Origin: Octopus bimaculoides
Taxonomy: Eukaryota
Assembly (NCBI RefSeq): GCF_001194135.2
Contig: NC_068999.1
Location: 47,540,881-47,604,880, forward strand
Direction: 5' to 3'
DNA length: 64,000 nucleotides
Part shown: one piece after another, positions 1 to 11,174 of the stretch
Position numbering within the stretch: the stretch's first letter is position 1
Layout of the letters: each line of letters opens with the position of its first letter
The notes under the pieces: model-generated
What the model saw: only the letters and a program-made list of their open reading frames with translations
Database searches by the model: none
What the model was told of the DNA's origin: nothing
Translations under genes and position numbers: made by a program

Positions 1-24
1 CAACCAAACTCATTTTGTGTCATG

Positions 25-182
25 TTCTGTGTAGCGCCACGTAAAAGTACCCAGTACACTCTGTAAAGTGGTTGGCGTTAGGAAGGGTATCCAGCCGTAG
101 AAACCATGCCAAATCAAATGGAATCAGTCACAGCCCCCATCGGCTTGCCAGCTCTGGTCACACTGTTCAACCCATGCCAGCG
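25..182 (+). mobile_element. Retroposon family D fragment
   Basis: ggttggcgttaggaagggtatccagccgtagaaacc...aacccatgccagc recurs many times in the window. Confidence 0.8.
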
Positions 183-291
183 TTTTAGGCCCCAGAACCA
201 CCTCCTATCTCTGTGTGATCAAGACAGAGATTGCCTTCTTGCGGAATATGACTCATGAGGTGAACTGGCTCCTTCAGCACACACCCACCTC

Positions 292-505
292 CATCATCAT
301 CATTATCATTATTGTAACCATTTAACATCCTTTTCCCATGCTGGCATTGATTGAGTGGTTTGACAGGCCACAATGAGCTACAGGGCTGTGCTACACTCCA
401 ATGCAAACATTGCCATGTTTTCTGCAGCTGGATACCCTTCCTAATGCCAACCACCACACAGTATAGACTGGGTGTTTTTTTTTTTTCTGTGCCACTGGCA
501 CTGTA
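292..505 (-). mobile_element. Retroposon family D 3' part with (CAT)n tail
   Basis: catcatcat...tttaacatccttttcccatgctggc...ggatacccttcctaatgccaacc. Confidence 0.75.
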
Positions 506-693
506 TTTACCATTTTGTCTGCTCAGACACTGAAAAATTTGCATGAATCGCTGTAACAAATTTAAATTCTTTCATCCGGCAACAAAAATGAATTTCAAAA
601 TATCCAATGAAAACAAGTTAAAAATAATTTACAAGTTGGACATCAAGATGGCTTAAATCCAAATAAATATGATTATAAATTCAACAGCTTTAC

Positions 694-801
694 CATGGTG
701 ACTACTTTATCAGGATCATAAATTTCTTTAGGGTACATAACTCCTGTCAGTGAGTCGTACTTCTGGTTTATCCTCCTGGTTAATAAATCTTCATCTGGAA
801 T
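694..801 (-). CDS. AK9: AK9 exon 6: IPDEDLLTRRINQKYDSLTGVMYPKEIYDPDKVVTM
   Basis: ttgttag acceptor, gtaaag donor, 108 nt, phase 0/0; similar to the AK9 LID-region segment. Confidence 0.88.
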
Positions 802-877
802 CTAACAAATGACAATAAACAATTCTTAATTACTTAATTACTCCATTCACAATAATATTTATGAGAAATACAACTAT

Positions 878-1085
878 TAATTTCAAATTTTGTCATAAGG
901 CTAGCAATTTTGAGGGAGAGGAGTCTAGTCAATTGTATTGACCCTTAACTGATACTTAATTTATCGACCCTGAAAAGATGAAAGGCAAAGCTGACCTTGG
1001 CAGAATTTGAACTCAAGACGTAAAGACAGATGAAGTAGCATTAAGCATTTTGGCTGGTGCGCTAATGATTTTGCCAGCTTGTCGT
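878..1085 (-). mobile_element. tRNA-derived SINE family A (Meta/MESC-domain-like)
   Basis: atcgaccctgaaaagatgaaaggcaaagctgacc...tttgaactcaag; reverse of the head with A/B boxes. Confidence 0.8.
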
Positions 1086-1898
1086 TTTGAAAAATACAAA
1101 TATTAAATGATATCAATATTAAAACTGAATTTGGTATGATGTCAACCCATAACAGTATCAGCAAAGTAAATGCCTTGAAGCTTTCTATCCTTCTTCAACC
1201 CTTTGGGATTGAGACAACTCTGTCAAATGTAACACTCACTTATTCACAATGTTTTGAATTAATCATGCATTATCTAGTAGCTTTGAGATTTCAGTGATAT
1301 GATTGTTTATTTTTAAAATGACATTGTAGGGTAGGTGCAAGAGGCCAGACATGGCCTGACTGAACATAACACAGGTAGAATATTTGGGCCAAATATGGCT
1401 GGTTTAGATTCTAATGAGCTAAGTCAATAAAATTTATTCACTATAACATTACAAAAGGTAAGACAAAATCAATATTTCAATAAGGAATAACATAAAAGCA
1501 ACAAACATTAAAAATGTTCCTCTTATTAAAAAATGGAACTTAATAATAACAACAGGACAGTTTCTTGTGGAAGATAAATCTTGACTTCTAAAAGTTTCAC
1601 CAGAGATTGGCACAATCCAACCAGACCAACAAAACTGGTTTCATCCAAGTCATTATTAGCGGATATTAATTCAAATTAGTGATCTGTGTAGATACACTGT
1701 TGAAAGCCTTCTCGAGAAAACATATCTTATAGATGTATAATGTTAAAAAGACTATTCCACTGCCACAGACAATTAGAGTTTAGTCATTTTTGTCCATGTT
1801 GCTTGAACTTTTGTCAAAATGAATTAAAACGGCGGGGCTTAATCTGCTTTAGGTTTATCATTTCTAAAAAAAGAGAACAGTTTGTAAACTGTACCAAC

Positions 1899-2011
1899 TT
1901 TCAAATTAAGAATGACATCAGGAGAGAGATCTCTTTTCTTTATCCAGTCTATCTGCTCAGTGGTAGTCATAAATTCTTGACTAATTGTTGGAAGACCATC
2001 AAGAATATAAC
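1899..2011 (-). CDS. AK9: AK9 exon 5: (G)YILDGLPTISQEFMTTTEQIDWIKKRDLSPDVILNLK
   Basis: ctttgcag acceptor, gttggt donor, 113 nt, phase 1/0; adenylate kinase GY(I)LDG(L)P motif. Confidence 0.92.
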
Positions 2012-2234
2012 CTGCAAAGATAAAGTTTCATTAAAACAAATACATTGACAATAAATCAAAAGAATTAAAGAAAAGCCAAAGAGGAAAATGCCAATTCTAT
2101 AAGTGAAAAATTGTTATAAAATAAAAAAAAAATTATGGAATATTTTGAAACTGAATTTAGATTCTCATTAAATCTTTGAGAGAAGGAAAAACTGTTTATT
2201 GGTGACAACGTTTTGAAGCTAATTTTCTCTATAA

Positions 2235-2510
2235 TGCTTATCCAGCCAGCAAGCCATCCATCTCTTCCCACAATTCCTGAGAAGGTTGTGGGAGTAGCAT
2301 CCTTGGGCACTTAATCCATAAGGTCCCATTAAAAGCAATTATCATTACACTTTCTGGCTGGATGCCTAAGCATGACCAAATGAGACAATGGATATTATCC
2401 AACGGTTTCATTCTTGGTCTGCCCCTAGGTCCCCTGCTGGTCAGTCCAGTTCGAAGAATCTGTTTTCTGATTCTTTCTGGTGACATTCTAATCACATGTC
2501 TGTGGTAACC
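2235..2510 (-). mobile_element. RTE-clade (Rex3/Expander-like) LINE 3' end relic
   Basis: RGRPRMKPLDNIHCLIWSCLGIQPE...MLLPQPSQE C-terminus with gatg tail; second copy at 20210-20440. Confidence 0.7.
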
Positions 2511-2589
2511 CAGACTGTGGCTCCCTCAATGGCATTCAAAGATGTTAAAACATACTCATCAAAGTAGGTTGTTAGATATATTTCTCCTT

Positions 2590-2765
2590 GGGTGGGACAC
2601 TGGTCTATCACACACAGGATTACTCCTTTTTTGCCAGCTGAGTGAACTGGAGCAACGTGAAATGCAGTGATTTATTCAAAAACAAAACACATCACCTAGT
2701 CCAGGAATTGAAACCACAATCTTACGATCATGAGTTCAATATCTTAACCACTAAATCATCCCCAC
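2590..2765 (-). mobile_element. tRNA-derived SINE family C
   Basis: ccagctgagtgaactggagcaacgtgaaat...ccaggaattgaaaccacaatc...aaccactaa. Confidence 0.75.
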
Positions 2766-3074
2766 TATAAAATCTGGCGAGGTCAACTTTGCCTTTCATC
2801 CTTTGAGGGGCAATAAAATAAAGCAGTAATCAAATATGATGGTGGTGGTGGTGGTGGTGGTGGTAGTGGTAGGGTGACATCATAATATAAGGGTTTCTAA
2901 TTTAAGGCATGGGGGCCAGTAATTTTGAAAGGAGGGGGATTAGTCAGTTCCAATGATCCTGGAACTGGTATTTTCTTTCATTGATTAGTAAAGGAGCAAA
3001 AGGCAAATATTTTTAACAAATGAAATGTCTTTTCAAAATATTTACTGAATTTTATGGTTGCAGATATTGACTAA

Positions 3075-3412
3075 ACACACGTGGGCCTGCCTACAAAGTC
3101 AGAAAACAACACAGCTCCCATGACTTTTGGGAACATTTTTCCACACTCAGAGTTGCTGAAGCATGGAACAAACTACCTGCATCAGTTGTTTGTTGCCAAG
3201 ACATTGCATCCTTTAAAACCTCCATGCTTCCTGAAATTCACCAATACTACACCTGATATCCCTGCTCCATACACATGCACACATGTATATCATGACTCAT
3301 ACACTGTTCACTTTCCTGACTTTTGTACATAATTCTATCTACTGTACATGCACCTTTGATGAGTTGTAGTGCACCTGAGTACTATACACAATAATTTCAT
3401 TATTATTATTAT
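3075..3412 (+). mobile_element. CR1-clade LINE 3' end with (ATT)n tail
   Basis: Frame reads ...FSTLRVAEAWNKLPASVVCCQDIASFKTSM..., the CR1/L2 RT C-terminal RVxxxWNxLP motif. Confidence 0.7.
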
Positions 3413-3487
3413 TGTTAAGTATCACATATTTGTTTTATACAAGTAATAAGCTTAATTAAAGACTAATGGTGATATTCAATTGCATAC

Positions 3488-3637
3488 CATGATGAGCAAC
3501 CTCAGGTGACTTCATTTTTTTCTCCAATATTTCAAAGGTGATCTCATCAAGGATTAATTCTCCTCTATTAATTATTTCAGAACACGTTTGTCCCAGAGGA
3601 GTCAGTTGTTCCAGTTCTTGGTTAATTAGTTCATGAG
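3488..3637 (-). CDS. AK9: AK9 exon 4: (P)HELINQELEQLTPLGQTCSEIINRGELILDEITFEILEKKMKSPEVAHH(G)
   Basis: tttttccag acceptor, gtatgc donor, 150 nt, phase 1/1; SPEVAHHG motif. Confidence 0.93.
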
Positions 3638-3789
3638 CTGGAAAAAAAATAAAAATAAATAAATAAAACAGGTGTGTATAGCATCTTTAGATAACACTAA
3701 TTAAGGGGCTGACATTTAATGCCAATAAGAAAATAATTAGTTTTTGATTAACCTTCATTTACTCCATATCATGTTTTCTGTGTTATTCA

Positions 3790-4045
3790 TAAACCAAGCA
3801 GACTATCTTTCAAATATGTGTATAAGCAACCATGCTGGGACAACGTATAAAGTACCCGTGCTGGTGCCACGTAAAGAGTGCCCAGTACACACTGTAAAGT
3901 GGTTGGTGTTAGGAAAGGCATCCAGCTAAAGAAACCAAGCCAAAACAGACTATATAACATGGTGTGACTCCTGGCCTTGCCAGCTCCTGTCAATATGGAA
4001 AACGGATATTAACTGATGATGATGAAGATGATTGTGATGATGATG
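3790..4045 (+). mobile_element. Retroposon family D with (GAT)n tail
   Basis: gtaaagtggttggtgttaggaaaggcatccagc...aacggatattaactgatgatgatg. Confidence 0.75.
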
Positions 4046-4541
4046 TAATTTGTTTATCTAATTATGATGTTACTATAACGGTCGACCCACTGTCTTAGTT
4101 TTCTCAGTGGGCCTAAGGCAAGGCACAGCTCTAAGGTAACTTAAAACATTTTAACAAATTTGAATGAATAAGAAATGAATTAAATGATTAAATGTAATGA
4201 GAGAATAACGGCGAAAACTGTGGTTAGTGAATGTTAAAATGAAAGACTAAAGATTGAGGAAAGAAACTTCATTAGTCAGGTAGTGCAATATCACGGTGAC
4301 TATACGGATTTACTTAAACAATGTAAGGACAATTTAACAATCAGAGCTGATCAAGAAAACAATAGTTACCTCCCTTAACATAAAACATTTTTTTTTTTAA
4401 TAAAGAATCGAATTTAGCATCACATTTTTGTAAGTACGAAAATTGCAAAAATTATAAAATTACAGTTATTATTACATAAAACTCAAATAAAAACATGGAA
4501 AAAAAAACTTCAACGTTGGGCAAACAAACTGAAAAAAACAT

Positions 4542-5013
4542 NNNNNNNNNNNNNNNNNNNNNNNNNNNNNNNNNNNNNNNNNNNNNNNNNNNNNNNNNNN
4601 NNNNNNNNNNNNNNNNNNNNNNNNNNNNNNNNNNNNNNNNNNNNNNNNNNNNNNNNNNNNNNNNNNNNNNNNNNNNNNNNNNNNNNNNNNNNNNNNNNNN
4701 NNNNNNNNNNNNNNNNNNNNNNNNNNNNNNNNNNNNNNNNNNNNNNNNNNNNNNNNNNNNNNNNNNNNNNNNNNNNNNNNNNNNNNNNNNNNNNNNNNNN
4801 NNNNNNNNNNNNNNNNNNNNNNNNNNNNNNNNNNNNNNNNNNNNNNNNNNNNNNNNNNNNNNNNNNNNNNNNNNNNNNNNNNNNNNNNNNNNNNNNNNNN
4901 NNNNNNNNNNNNNNNNNNNNNNNNNNNNNNNNNNNNNNNNNNNNNNNNNNNNNNNNNNNNNNNNNNNNNNNNNNNNNNNNNNNNNNNNNNNNNNNNNNNN
5001 NNNNNNNNNNNNN
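4542..5013. other. Assembly gap (N run); other gaps at 8744-8915, 12574-12633, 15042-15326, 18801-18835, 62692-62701
   Basis: Runs of n. Confidence 1.
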
Positions 5014-5029
5014 AACTCAGAACGTAAAG

Positions 5030-5270
5030 ACAAACAAAATACCTATTTCTTTACTGCCCACAAGGGGTTATACACAGAGGGGACAAACAAAGACAGACAA
5101 ACAGATTAAGTCGATTATATCGACCCCAGTGTGTAACTGGTACTTATTTAATCGACCCCGAAAGGATGAAAGGCAAAGTCGACCTTGGCGGAATTTGAAC
5201 TCAGAACGTAGCGGCAGACGAAATACCGCTAAGCATTTCGCCCGGTGTGCTAACGTTTCTGCGAGCTTGT
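5030..5270 (-). mobile_element. SINE family A, near full length
   Basis: High similarity to the copies at 21325, 25295 and 41518. Confidence 0.88.
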
Positions 5271-5284
5271 CACATTCGTCTATG

Positions 5285-5500
5285 TTTCTTTCTGTCTGTT
5301 TGTCCCCCAACACTGCTTGACAATTGATGTCGGTGTTTAACGTCCCTGTAACTTAAAAGTTTGGCAAAAAAGAACGATAGAATAAGTACCAGGCTTGAGA
5401 AAACATATAAGTACTGGGGTCGATTCATTCAACGAAAGTTCTTCAAGGTGGTGCCCCAGGATGACCGCAGGCTAACAACTGAAATAAGCAAAAGATTAAA
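5285..5500 (+). mobile_element. SINE family B 3' part
   Basis: gtttgtcccccaacactgcttgacaa...gatagaataagtacc...aactgaaataag. Confidence 0.75.
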
Positions 5501-5605
5501 AGAGAAAAGATGATTGACTGCAAAGCACCAAATCATCAAACCAATAAATTGTTTAAGCATTCAAATAGGATTTTAAAAAAAAAATTAATTAAAGCAATAT
5601 CTTTA

Positions 5606-5830
5606 GGAATTGAACTCACGTCCTTATGATCATGAGCTGAATACCCTAACCACTAAGTATTCAGCTCATGACTGTAAGGTCATGAGTTCGATTTCTGGTG
5701 AGGTGTTGTGTCCTTGAGCAAGACACTTCATTTCATGTTGCTCCAGTCCACTCAGCTGGCAAAAGTGAGTTGCACCTGTAATTCAAAGGGCCAGCCTTGT
5801 CATATTCTGTATAATGCTGAATCTCCATAA
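5606..5830. mobile_element. Head-to-head fold-back of SINE family C
   Basis: TCATGAGCTGAATAC (5630-5644) and GTATTCAGCTCATGA (5657-5671) form a perfect inverted repeat; the plus copy continues into cttgagcaagacacttcatttc. Confidence 0.8.
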
Positions 5831-5985
5831 GAACTACATTCATTGTAACCGATAGAGTGCCATTTTTTTTTTTTTTTTTGTAATATCAACAGATTCACCT
5901 TATAAAAGTATTAGATAACTCAGACTAAAATCAGAATTATCCTTTTAAAATATTTTCTGTCTTTAAACAATAAAAAAATACTTAC

Positions 5986-6106
5986 GATTGATAAGTTCGC
6001 AATTCCACTGTTGAGCAATTTGTTTCGCTAACTGAGTCTTTCCAGAACCAGGTTTTCCAAAGATTACAAAACATGTTGGCTTTGATTTCAAGAACTGTTG
6101 TTCACT
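5986..6106 (-). CDS. AK9: AK9 exon 3, P-loop: SEQQFLKSKPTCFVIFGKPGSGKTQLAKQIAQQWNCELIN
   Basis: atttcag acceptor, gtaagt donor, 121 nt, phase 0/1; Walker A GKPGSGKT. Confidence 0.95.
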
Positions 6107-6559
6107 CTGAAATTTGAAATAAATCATTTAGTTGATTAGTGATTCCTGGGAAAGCGGGTTTATCCCTTGGTTTCATTCTCATAATTGTTTCGCTAATCCG
6201 GTAACAACAATACAAAGTATGTAGCCCTTAAAACGGTTTTTGTGTATTTATTGAGAATACCAAACTGTCTTACAAAGGATCTTGTTTTTAGGAATTTCCA
6301 GTAAGTTATGAGTACACAAATTGTGAAGTCAGTTATGTAATAACATGAAATTAATTACCCTATAGTAAGAATTCGAATAAAGTAGCCCCGATAAGGGCTT
6401 TAATACATCCCCAGAGTATATAGATTTTAGGAGGAAATACTAATAAGGTATGTATACTAAAATCGTGAAACATGTTACGTAATAACAGGCTAATCAGATA
6501 TGAGATAATAACAATTCAAAGTAATTAACTGTAAAAAAAAGCTTTTGTGCATTCCCAGA

Positions 6560-7020
6560 GAATATTACCCTCAGTGGCGCTAGTGTTGGTATATTCGTGA
6601 ATAAATCACTAACTGAAATAAGTGGATCTATTGTTTAGGAGAATACTGTTTACTTGTTTAAGCGTTGTATTGGATAAATTGAGAAAAATAACTAAAATAG
6701 TTCAAATACTAAGAATTAAGCATACTGAAAATGAATGGGTTATTTCCCTTGGTGGATATTTCCAGGAAGGAATGGGTTACTTCCCTTGGTAGCTTAAAAA
6801 TCATTACTCCCACCGTTCACTCATGCCCAAAAGTTATTCCTCCTGCCGTTTACCTGAACTTTTTTTCGAAATCAATTTATACTTAAAACCTCCCCAGACA
6901 CATAAGCAATGTGCGTGTGAAGTTTAAGAAAAATTGGTCGAGCTGTTTTAGCACAAAACAAGGACATACTGATACACACACACACACACACACAGACATT
7001 TTCAGTTTTAATATGTAAGA
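6560..7020 (+). mobile_element. Putative non-autonomous Helentron/HINE-like element
   Basis: gtgtgaagtttaagaaaaattggtcgagctgtttt...acacacagacattttcagttttaatatgt pattern; internal 21-nt direct repeat at 6733 and 6770. Confidence 0.4.
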
Positions 7021-7468
7021 TACACACACACACCACACTTATAATTACTCAATTATCTAAAATAATATACAGTAAATCAATCATAAATATTTATTATCTA
7101 AAATTAACATCCATTTAAACACATTATTATCAGAGATTTATCTTAACAATGGACCACTTTCTACAGCAAATTCAAAACGACTGTATATCTCAAATAAATC
7201 TTAAACCTAATTAACCCATTATTTTATTTTTTTTTATCCATCACCCCTTTTTGGCCACCCTATTATTTCCCACTTTTTCTTCAATGCCCCTCTAGAGCTT
7301 TCCACTGCCCCTAGGGGGTGGGGCTGAACTGCCCAGTTTCAGAACTACAACACTAGATCACACACCCTCAAGGAGATAATATGAGAAACTATTTAATCTA
7401 TCGAATATCATGGCACACATCAATATTTCCAGGAGATAAGAAACATCATATCCTTCAACTCCACTTAC

Positions 7469-7647
7469 TTTTTCTTCATTGTAAAAATCTTGCTTGATTT
7501 TTGAAAATGATGGTTTCTCAGGTCTTAAAACGTCATGAAGTTTTTCCTTTGAAATTGTGTGGAACGCATGCACTGAACTTGAAGCAGGCCGTTTCAGTTG
7601 AGTAATTAAATCATTTAAAATGTTATTCTCTCCATCAGAAAGGGTTA
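7469..7647 (-). CDS. AK9: AK9 exon 2: TLSDGENNILNDLITQLKRPASSSVHAFHTISKEKLHDVLRPEKPSFSKIKQDFYNEEK
   Basis: catccag acceptor, gtaagt donor, 179 nt, phase 1/0; DFYNEEK joins exon 3 to resemble the AK9 DIFDEDETERNFLLSKP segment. Confidence 0.82.
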
Positions 7648-7717
7648 CTGGATGAAGGTAAAAAAGTGAATACAATTTACATCAAGAACTAAATTTAGTT
7701 TAGTAGAAATGTATAAT

Positions 7718-7878
7718 GTGTGTGTATGTATATGTGTGTGTGTTTATGTGTGTGTGTTTTTTTTTATGTGTGTTTGTGTGAGTGTGTGTATGCTTATGTA
7801 CATTTGTGTTTGTGTGTGTGAGTGAGTGTACGTATGTATGTTTTAATGTGTATGTATGTATGTATGTATGTATGTATG

Positions 7879-7921
<43 letters not shown>

Positions 7922-7922
7922 A
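7718..7922. repeat. Compound microsatellite (TG)n/(TATG)n/(TATC)n
   Basis: Directly visible. Confidence 0.95.
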
Positions 7923-8129
7923 TAAGTGTAGTTAACATGGTATAGTTATAATTTTAAGAATGAATGGTAGTGAAACGCAAAGTGGTTTTTATGTTTGCTA
8001 GTTTATAGATATTACATTTGAGCATAAATTGAAATAGGTTATTTTGATTATTTTAACAGATTATTTTAATTATTATTGCAGACAAGACACAGCTGTAATA
8101 AAACGTAAGATTCAATGAAGTTGGATTTC

Positions 8130-8620
8130 AGTACGTCTATGTTTGATGTAACACTGCACAGAAGAACTTCCTGTATGAATACATAAGGGTGCATTGGTGT
8201 TCTTCCAGCTGAATGCTAACCAAAAAGGGTGAAACTTTGCTGGATGGCACTTCTGTGTAGATGTTTTGTGCCATGGCCTCAGAGGAACACTCTCCCAAGG
8301 AAATATTATACAATAAACATCCTAAAAGCATCAGACATCATTAGAGAAAGAAGAGTTAACTCTGCTGGACATTGGTGGAGAAGTAAGGAGGGGTTGGTTA
8401 GTAATACCGTACTTATGGTGGTGGTGGTGGTGACAGTGGATGTGGTGGTGATGATGCTGGTTATAATTGGATTAATGGCCGTGTGAAGACATATAACAGG
8501 TAGTGTACAGATGAATCAGGATGTTATCATGAGAAACTACCTCATGACATGGAGGACAGTGATGGGTGGAGGCTCATGCAAATCTAAACAGGCTCTACCT
8601 AATGATGATGATGATGGTGG
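8130..8620 (+). mobile_element. RTE-clade LINE C-terminal relic
   Basis: IRERRVNSAGHWWRSKE and SGCYHEKLPHDMEDSDGWR match the RTE ORF C-terminus; (GAT)n tail. Confidence 0.7.
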
Positions 8621-8689
8621 TGAAGATGATGATGATGACGAAGTACTGAGTCATGTGATGTGTTGTTGCAATCATACTCATTATCACGA

Positions 8690-9185
8690 TACCATCACCA
8701 CCACCACCACCACCACCACCACCACCACCACAACCGCCACCACNNNNNNNNNNNNNNNNNNNNNNNNNNNNNNNNNNNNNNNNNNNNNNNNNNNNNNNNN
8801 NNNNNNNNNNNNNNNNNNNNNNNNNNNNNNNNNNNNNNNNNNNNNNNNNNNNNNNNNNNNNNNNNNNNNNNNNNNNNNNNNNNNNNNNNNNNNNNNNNNN
8901 NNNNNNNNNNNNNNNAACCACCACCACAACCACCACCACAACCACCACCACCGCCGCCACCACCACCACTACGATCACCACCACCACCACCATCACTACC
9001 AGAACAAGCACCAACAGCAGCACCATTATCATCACCACAGTTATTACTTCTACCCCCACCCTTCAGCATCATTACCACCAAAACCAGCAGCAGCAGCAGC
9101 ACCACCACCACCACCACCAAAACCACAACCATCATGAGCAATGCCATGACCACCATCACAATTACCAACATCACCATCACCACCA
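8690..9185. repeat. (CAC)n/(CAT)n/(CAG)n low-complexity tract spanning a gap
   Basis: Directly visible; explains the poly-H/P/T/V/G ORFs. Confidence 0.95.
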
Positions 9186-10573
9186 CATTGGAAGAATTTG
9201 ATCTAAGTTTGGCTGGATTACAAAAAAAAGTCGGTTATGTTCATCACTCATGCTAAAGCCCCCAGAAAACAACAAATGAAGGTTACAGACAAACCATCTT
9301 CATCTTGAAGGCAGAAAAAACAAAGATCATTGTTGCTGATAGGCTTTATAGGTTGTGATGCTATTTATAGCAGCAGCAGCAGCAGAACCTGCTCTAGTTT
9401 CTGATGAAGGAGCCTGAAAGTTATGTGATCAACTGCAGAAAAGACTGATATACCATCTTCACTTAGAAACTCTTTGTGGACGACCTCAATATACTGGAAA
9501 CATGATAAATATGAGAAATGTTGGTCCAGCAGGAGGATGTTTATCATCATCATCATCGTTTAACGTCCGCTTTCCATGCTAGTAATGAGAAACTCATAGA
9601 TTAGGACTTTTAATGTTTCTTTGCAGTCTCAGGGACACTTGGCTATATATCATAGCATGACTATTTCATACAAGCAGGAGTCATGAACAGATATGTAAAA
9701 ATGTGTTCTAAAAAACTTATCCCATAACATGTGTAGGTATTTATACACACAGACATAATTGTCAAGGCATATATAAACAAAATGACATGAAAAACATGTA
9801 CTTATAGATGTGTAAGCATATATGTTGATGTATATATATATATCTTTGTATACAGTTCATATGTGAGAATATATGCATAGCTATGTGACTATCTTGCTGT
9901 TTGAATTCCAGAGAAGGGCTTATATTTCTAAGTAGGTGGCTGATATATACTGAACTAGAGAAGTACTTTGAAGAAAAAACCAGCGGCACAGGCAAGCATT
10001 TCACCAGTAATTGCTATTCAAACTTAACCAAAGACTTAGCAAGATAAATGTAAAGAACTTAAAAACTGCTTAATAGCATTGGAAATATCAACATCAATGG
10101 AGATGTTGATATATTTCCAATACATGGAAGTAGCTGGCATCTTAAAGAACACATAGCTACAGAAATAGCCACGACACTGGGCCCAAACACTGTGCTGGGT
10201 GGCACACCCACAAATCTAAGTGTAGAGGGACAATACAGATTGAGTTAGCCTTGTCTGCCTCTGCTTTTAATACCATCAGAATCTATGGACATGTAAAAAA
10301 CAGTAAGGTCAGAAGAGAGTGTAATATGATCACCACAATGTCTGCATCCCATACAATTCATCACAGTGTGTCGTGGTGTGCAGTATGGCCTTATGCTAAG
10401 CAAAGACATAGTGTAACTTAAAAGAGATCTGTGGTGGGTTTGCTATTCATAGTTCAGAGAACTAGCTGAGGGTCATCCATAGGACTCGCTCCATCAGAGC
10501 TAACCTGTGCGCAATAAGACTTGTGGATCGGAGCTGATTAGCAACAACCACCCATCGTCTGGAAATTCTCCAA

Positions 10574-10835
10574 CCGAGTTTCTCAACCATATTTTTTTCT
10601 ACCTGTGAACCCCTTCGATTCCCTTTTTAAATAGGTGGACCCTCAAAGCCATTCGATGTTTAAAAAAAATTTGTTAAAATTTTTATAATGAAATTGTTTT
10701 AAAAAATTGTTAAAACATTTTGTGCATTATAGAAATATAACCAATTTATTGCACATAAATTTCAGCAATAAAGATCTCATGTGGACCCCATCACCTCACT
10801 CCAATGGTCGTATGGGCCCTGGTTGAGAATCACTG
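10574..10835. mobile_element. hAT-type MITE
   Basis: Imperfect TIRs ccgagTTTCTCAACC ... GGTTGAGAATcactg; TSD not clean. Confidence 0.6.
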
Positions 10836-11139
10836 CTCTAACGTATTGAATCAAACAAAAAAATATTGATACTTTGTTACTCTCTCGCTTGTATACTATT
10901 TAGAAGACTCTAAATAAATTTCAAGAGAACACAAACAATACAAACACACAAACATGTCTATGTATCCTCGTGCATGTGTCTGTTTATGTATGTAATCGTG
11001 TTTTAATGTTTTCCAGGATTTTAAAGAAATACAGAAATGAAAAAAGAAAAGAATTATTGCACTAAAATACCAACAAAACTACATGTGTTCTGTTACATTC
11101 ATTAAACTGCGTTTATGTAAACAAAACACCTTTACTCAC

Positions 11140-11167
11140 AGACTTCTAATGCCGAGTCGTCCGCCAT
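11140..11167 (-). CDS. AK9: AK9 candidate first coding exon: MADDSALEV(L)
   Basis: aaatATGGCG start, gtgagt donor, 28 nt, phase 1 matches exon 2 (T+TA=Leu); locally CpG-rich with an adjacent X-box-like motif; no homology support. Confidence 0.68.
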
Positions 11168-11174
11168 ATTTCTA

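Larger units (their letters stand above)
694..11167 (-). other. AK9: Adenylate kinase 9-like gene, 5' portion (6 coding exons, 699 nt / 233 aa visible; continues left of the window)
   Basis: Hand-spliced GT-AG exons join in frame: MADDSALEVLTLSDG...DFYNEEK/SEQQFLKSKPTCFVIFGKPGSGKTQLAKQIAQQW.../...SPEVAHH/GYILDGLP...PDVILNLK/IPDEDLLTRR. The P-loop GKPGSGKT and the SKPxCFVxFGKPG and SPEVxHxGY motifs match AK9. Confidence 0.9.

Noticed and set aside
1530-1675. Open minus-strand frame (DLDETSFVGLVGLCQSLVKLLEVK...) inside an AK9 intron
   Set aside because: No acceptor, and the flanking AK9 exons already join with homologous continuity
4072-4138. ACTATAACGGTC ... CTAAGGTA resembles the two halves of the 23S rRNA / I-CeuI site, separated by a small hairpin
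   Set aside because: No other rRNA similarity nearby; short matches found after the fact are best explained by chance
4452-5109. Long ORFs across N runs (also 8511-9256 and 14965-15447)
   Set aside because: Artefacts of gaps and trinucleotide repeats; the AK9 exons on either side of the 4542 gap join in frame, so no exon needs to be hidden there
6568-6585. CTCF-like CAGTGGCGCTAGTG (similar GTGGCGCTA near 11790)
   Set aside because: Only the right half matches and the spacing of the core is wrong
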